Part shown: piece by piece, positions 62,089 through 64,000 of the stretch | Layout: each line of letters starts with the position of its first letter | How positions within the stretch are numbered: the first letter of the stretch is position 1 | Origin: an uncultured Alphaproteobacteria bacterium | GTDB taxonomy: Bacteria > Pseudomonadota > Alphaproteobacteria > JAJUGE01 | Length of the DNA stretch: 64,000 nt | Assembly (NCBI GenBank): GCA_964625225.1 | Contig: CAZVAR010000004.1 | Span: 353-64,352 of the forward strand | Reading direction: 5' to 3' | The notes under the pieces: model-generated | Told to the model about the DNA's origin: nothing | The model's input: only the letters and a program-made list of their open reading frames with translations | The model's database searches: none | Translations under genes and position numbers: made by a program

Positions 62089-62998
62089 TCCGGATCCGAC
62101 CGGCCCGACCCGATGCGGCTTCGTCGCCATCATCGGTGCCCCGAACGCGGGCAAGTCTACATTGCTGAACCGCCTGGTCGGCAGCAAGGTCTCGATCGTC
62201 ACGCCGAAGGTGCAGACGACGCGCTCGCGGGTCCTGGGAATTCGCATCGTCGGGGCGGCCCAGGTGATCTTCGTGGATACGCCGGGGATCTTCACGCCGA
62301 AGCGGCGGCTCGAGCGGGCAATGGTGTCTGCCGCATGGCAGGGTGCCGGCGATGCGGACCTGGTGGTGCTGCTGGTCGATGCACGGGCCGGCTACGACAG
62401 GGATACGAGACGCATCGTCGACGGCTTACGCCGTTCGGGGCGACGGGCCATCCTTGCCCTTAACAAGATCGACTTGGGACCGCGCGCCAAACTGCTCGAG
62501 CTTGCCGCGGAGCTGAACGCTGATACCGACCTGTTCACCGATACCTTCATGATCTCCGCCTTGAACGGTGACGGGGTGGACGATCTGTTGAACCATGTCG
62601 CCGAGCGACTGCCGGAGGGACCATGGCTGTTCCCGGAGGACCAGATCTCCGACGTGCCGATGCGCCTGCTGGCAGCCGAGATCACACGGGAGAAGGCCTT
62701 TCTGCAGCTCCAGGAGGAGCTCCCCTATGCCATCGCCGTCGAGACCGAGAGCTGGGAGGAGTTCGAGAACGGCGATGTCCGTATCCGGCAGGTGATCTAC
62801 GTCCAGCGCGAGGGCCAGAAGGCCATCGTGCTTGGGAAGGGCGGGCGCCGGATCCGGGCGATCGGAGAGGCGGCCCGGACCGAGCTCGAGGAGATGCTGG
62901 GCCGCCGGGTGCACCTCTTCCTGCACGTCAAGGTGCAGGAGAACTGGGTCGACGATCCGGAGCGCTATCGCGAACTCGGCCTGAGCTTCCGGGTCTGA
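62075..62998 (+). CDS. era: GTPase Era
   Basis: G1 is GAPNAGKST, G3 is DTPG and G4 is NKID. The C-terminal KH domain is …VIYVQREGQKAIVLGKGGRRIRAIG… The gene overlaps the rnc end by 14 nt. Confidence 0.92.
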   Translation: MMAADPDPTGPTRCGFVAIIGAPNAGKSTLLNRLVGSKVSIVTPKVQTTRSRVLGIRIVGAAQVIFVDTPGIFTPKRRLERAMVSAAWQGAGDADLVVLLVDARAGYDRDTRRIVDGLRRSGRRAILALNKIDLGPRAKLLELAAELNADTDLFTDTFMISALNGDGVDDLLNHVAERLPEGPWLFPEDQISDVPMRLLAAEITREKAFLQLQEELPYAIAVETESWEEFENGDVRIRQVIYVQREGQKAIVLGKGGRRIRAIGEAARTELEEMLGRRVHLFLHVKVQENWVDDPERYRELGLSFRV

Positions 62999-63106
62999 TC
63001 GGCGCGGCGGGACGCTGGAATGCGTACCTGCCGGCCGTTATATGATACAAAACAAGAACGCAGCCGCTCCCGAGCCCTCTGTGGTCGAAGCCCCGGCATA
63101 CGCAGC

Positions 63107-63862
63107 ATGGAATGGTCCGACGACGCGATCGTGCTCTCCAGCCGCCGGCATGGCGAGGGGTCGATGATCGTGCAGCTTCTTGCGCGCGAGCATGGCCGTT
63201 CACCAGGGCTGGCGCGCGGTGGCGCCTCGGCGCGGATGCGCGGAGTGCTGCAGCCCGGTAACGAGGTCAGGGCCGTCTGGCGTGCGAGGCTGGCCGAGCA
63301 TCTCGGGAGCTATAGCTGCGAGCTGATCCGGAATCATACGGCGGCTTGGCTCGACGACGCACGGCGCCTGACGGCGATCAGTGCCGCCTGTGCGCTGACG
63401 GAGGTCGCGCTGCCGGAGCGGGAACCGCATCCCGCGCTGTACGAAGGGCTCCGTGCCCTGCTTCACGGGCTCGACGCCGAGGTTTGGCCGGCCGTCTTCG
63501 TGCGCTGGGAGTTGGAGCTGCTGCGCGAACTCGGCTACGGCCTCGACCTTGCGACATGCGCGGTCACGGGCAAGACTGCGTCCCTGACCTATGTTTCCCC
63601 GCGGACCGGGCGCGCCGTATCCGCGGCGGCAGGCGAGCCCTATCGCGACCGGTTGCTGCGCCTGCCCGGCTTCCTCTCGGGCGGCGGGCAGCTCACCGAT
63701 ACCGATGTCGCCGCCGGCCTCGATCTGACCGGGTATTTCCTGCGCCGTTATGTTCTCGAGCCCGCCAATCGCGCGATTCCGCCGGCTCGGATGCGCCTTG
63801 CAGAGGCGTTTCGCCAATCCGCCACCGCAGCGGCGGCGGCCACTGATTCCAGCTCTTTGTAG
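63107..63862 (+). CDS. recO: DNA repair protein RecO
   Basis: The ATG at 63107 gives MEWSDDAIVLSSRRHGEGSMIVQLLAREHGR..GL.RGG.S.R.......GN.V...WRAR....LG....E. A later …C.VTG…YVSPR.GRAVS motif is present. The gene follows era, as in many bacteria. Confidence 0.85.
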   Translation: MEWSDDAIVLSSRRHGEGSMIVQLLAREHGRSPGLARGGASARMRGVLQPGNEVRAVWRARLAEHLGSYSCELIRNHTAAWLDDARRLTAISAACALTEVALPEREPHPALYEGLRALLHGLDAEVWPAVFVRWELELLRELGYGLDLATCAVTGKTASLTYVSPRTGRAVSAAAGEPYRDRLLRLPGFLSGGGQLTDTDVAAGLDLTGYFLRRYVLEPANRAIPPARMRLAEAFRQSATAAAAATDSSSL

Positions 63863-63874
63863 ATTTGGACTGTC

Positions 63875-64000
63875 ATGAGCACTGAAGACAGCGCCGGTGA
63901 GATCCGCCCGGCCCGTTTCGTCGATCTCCTGGGGGAGCGCTATCTCTCCTACGCGCTCTCGACGATCATGTCGCGCTCGTTGCCCGATGTGCGCGACGGG
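63875..64000 (+). CDS. parC: DNA topoisomerase IV subunit A (type IIA topoisomerase A subunit), N-terminal 42 codons only
   Basis: My translation gives [42 protein letters not shown], which is the conserved GyrA/ParC N-terminal box (Y..YA...I..RALPDVRDG). I assign parC rather than gyrA from its position after recO, which is an inference. The gene is truncated by the window end. Confidence 0.75.
   Translation, partial: MSTEDSAGEIRPARFVDLLGERYLSYALSTIMSRSLPDVRDG

Noticed and set aside
1-64000. I scanned the whole window for CRISPR arrays, rRNA genes, IS elements or transposases, toxin-antitoxin pairs and known defence-system genes.
   Set aside because: I noticed no regularly spaced direct repeats, no rRNA-like conserved strings and no DDE or serine/tyrosine recombinase motifs. 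I also saw no small paired ORFs with TA-like features. The absence is by visual inspection only.

Overview
This is a GC-rich bacterial chromosomal segment; third codon positions are almost all G/C. The gene content and synteny look alphaproteobacterial, which is an inference from aapJQMP, ribF-ileS-lspA, and rpoZ-spoT-pdxJ-acpS-lepB-rnc-era-recO-parC. I can support about 60 protein-coding genes and one tRNA. I saw no rRNA, CRISPR array, transposase or integrase. Most long ORFs in the six-frame track that lie antisense to, or out of frame with, these genes are Arg/Gly/Pro/Ala-rich shadow ORFs typical of high-GC DNA, and I discarded them. Left to right the window holds: a general L-amino-acid ABC transporter; an IlvD/Edd dehydratase with an Ldh2-family oxidoreductase; a DUF169/O-methyltransferase cluster; a tRNA-Leu(UAA) split by a 222-nt group I intron; a GldG/DUF4340 ABC-2 transporter operon; two tandem amidases; housekeeping genes (ribF, ileS, lspA, an M16 peptidase pair, pgi, mutL, rsmD, rluB-like, tadA); and a TauD dioxygenase with a 2-hydroxyacid dehydrogenase. 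It continues with a luxR-luxI quorum-sensing module whose synthase operon carries a 76-aa ORF and a cytochrome P450; a Wzx/Wzy-type polysaccharide locus ending in gmhA-hldE; and a conserved core block from folK to parC. The three most unusual items are the intron-containing tRNA-Leu(UAA), the luxR / luxI-orf76-P450 arrangement lying back to back with the polysaccharide locus, and two sharply AT-rich patches (about 10.37-10.59 kb and 50.56-50.93 kb). All functional calls come from reading the translated sequences and recalling family motifs. No database search was run.
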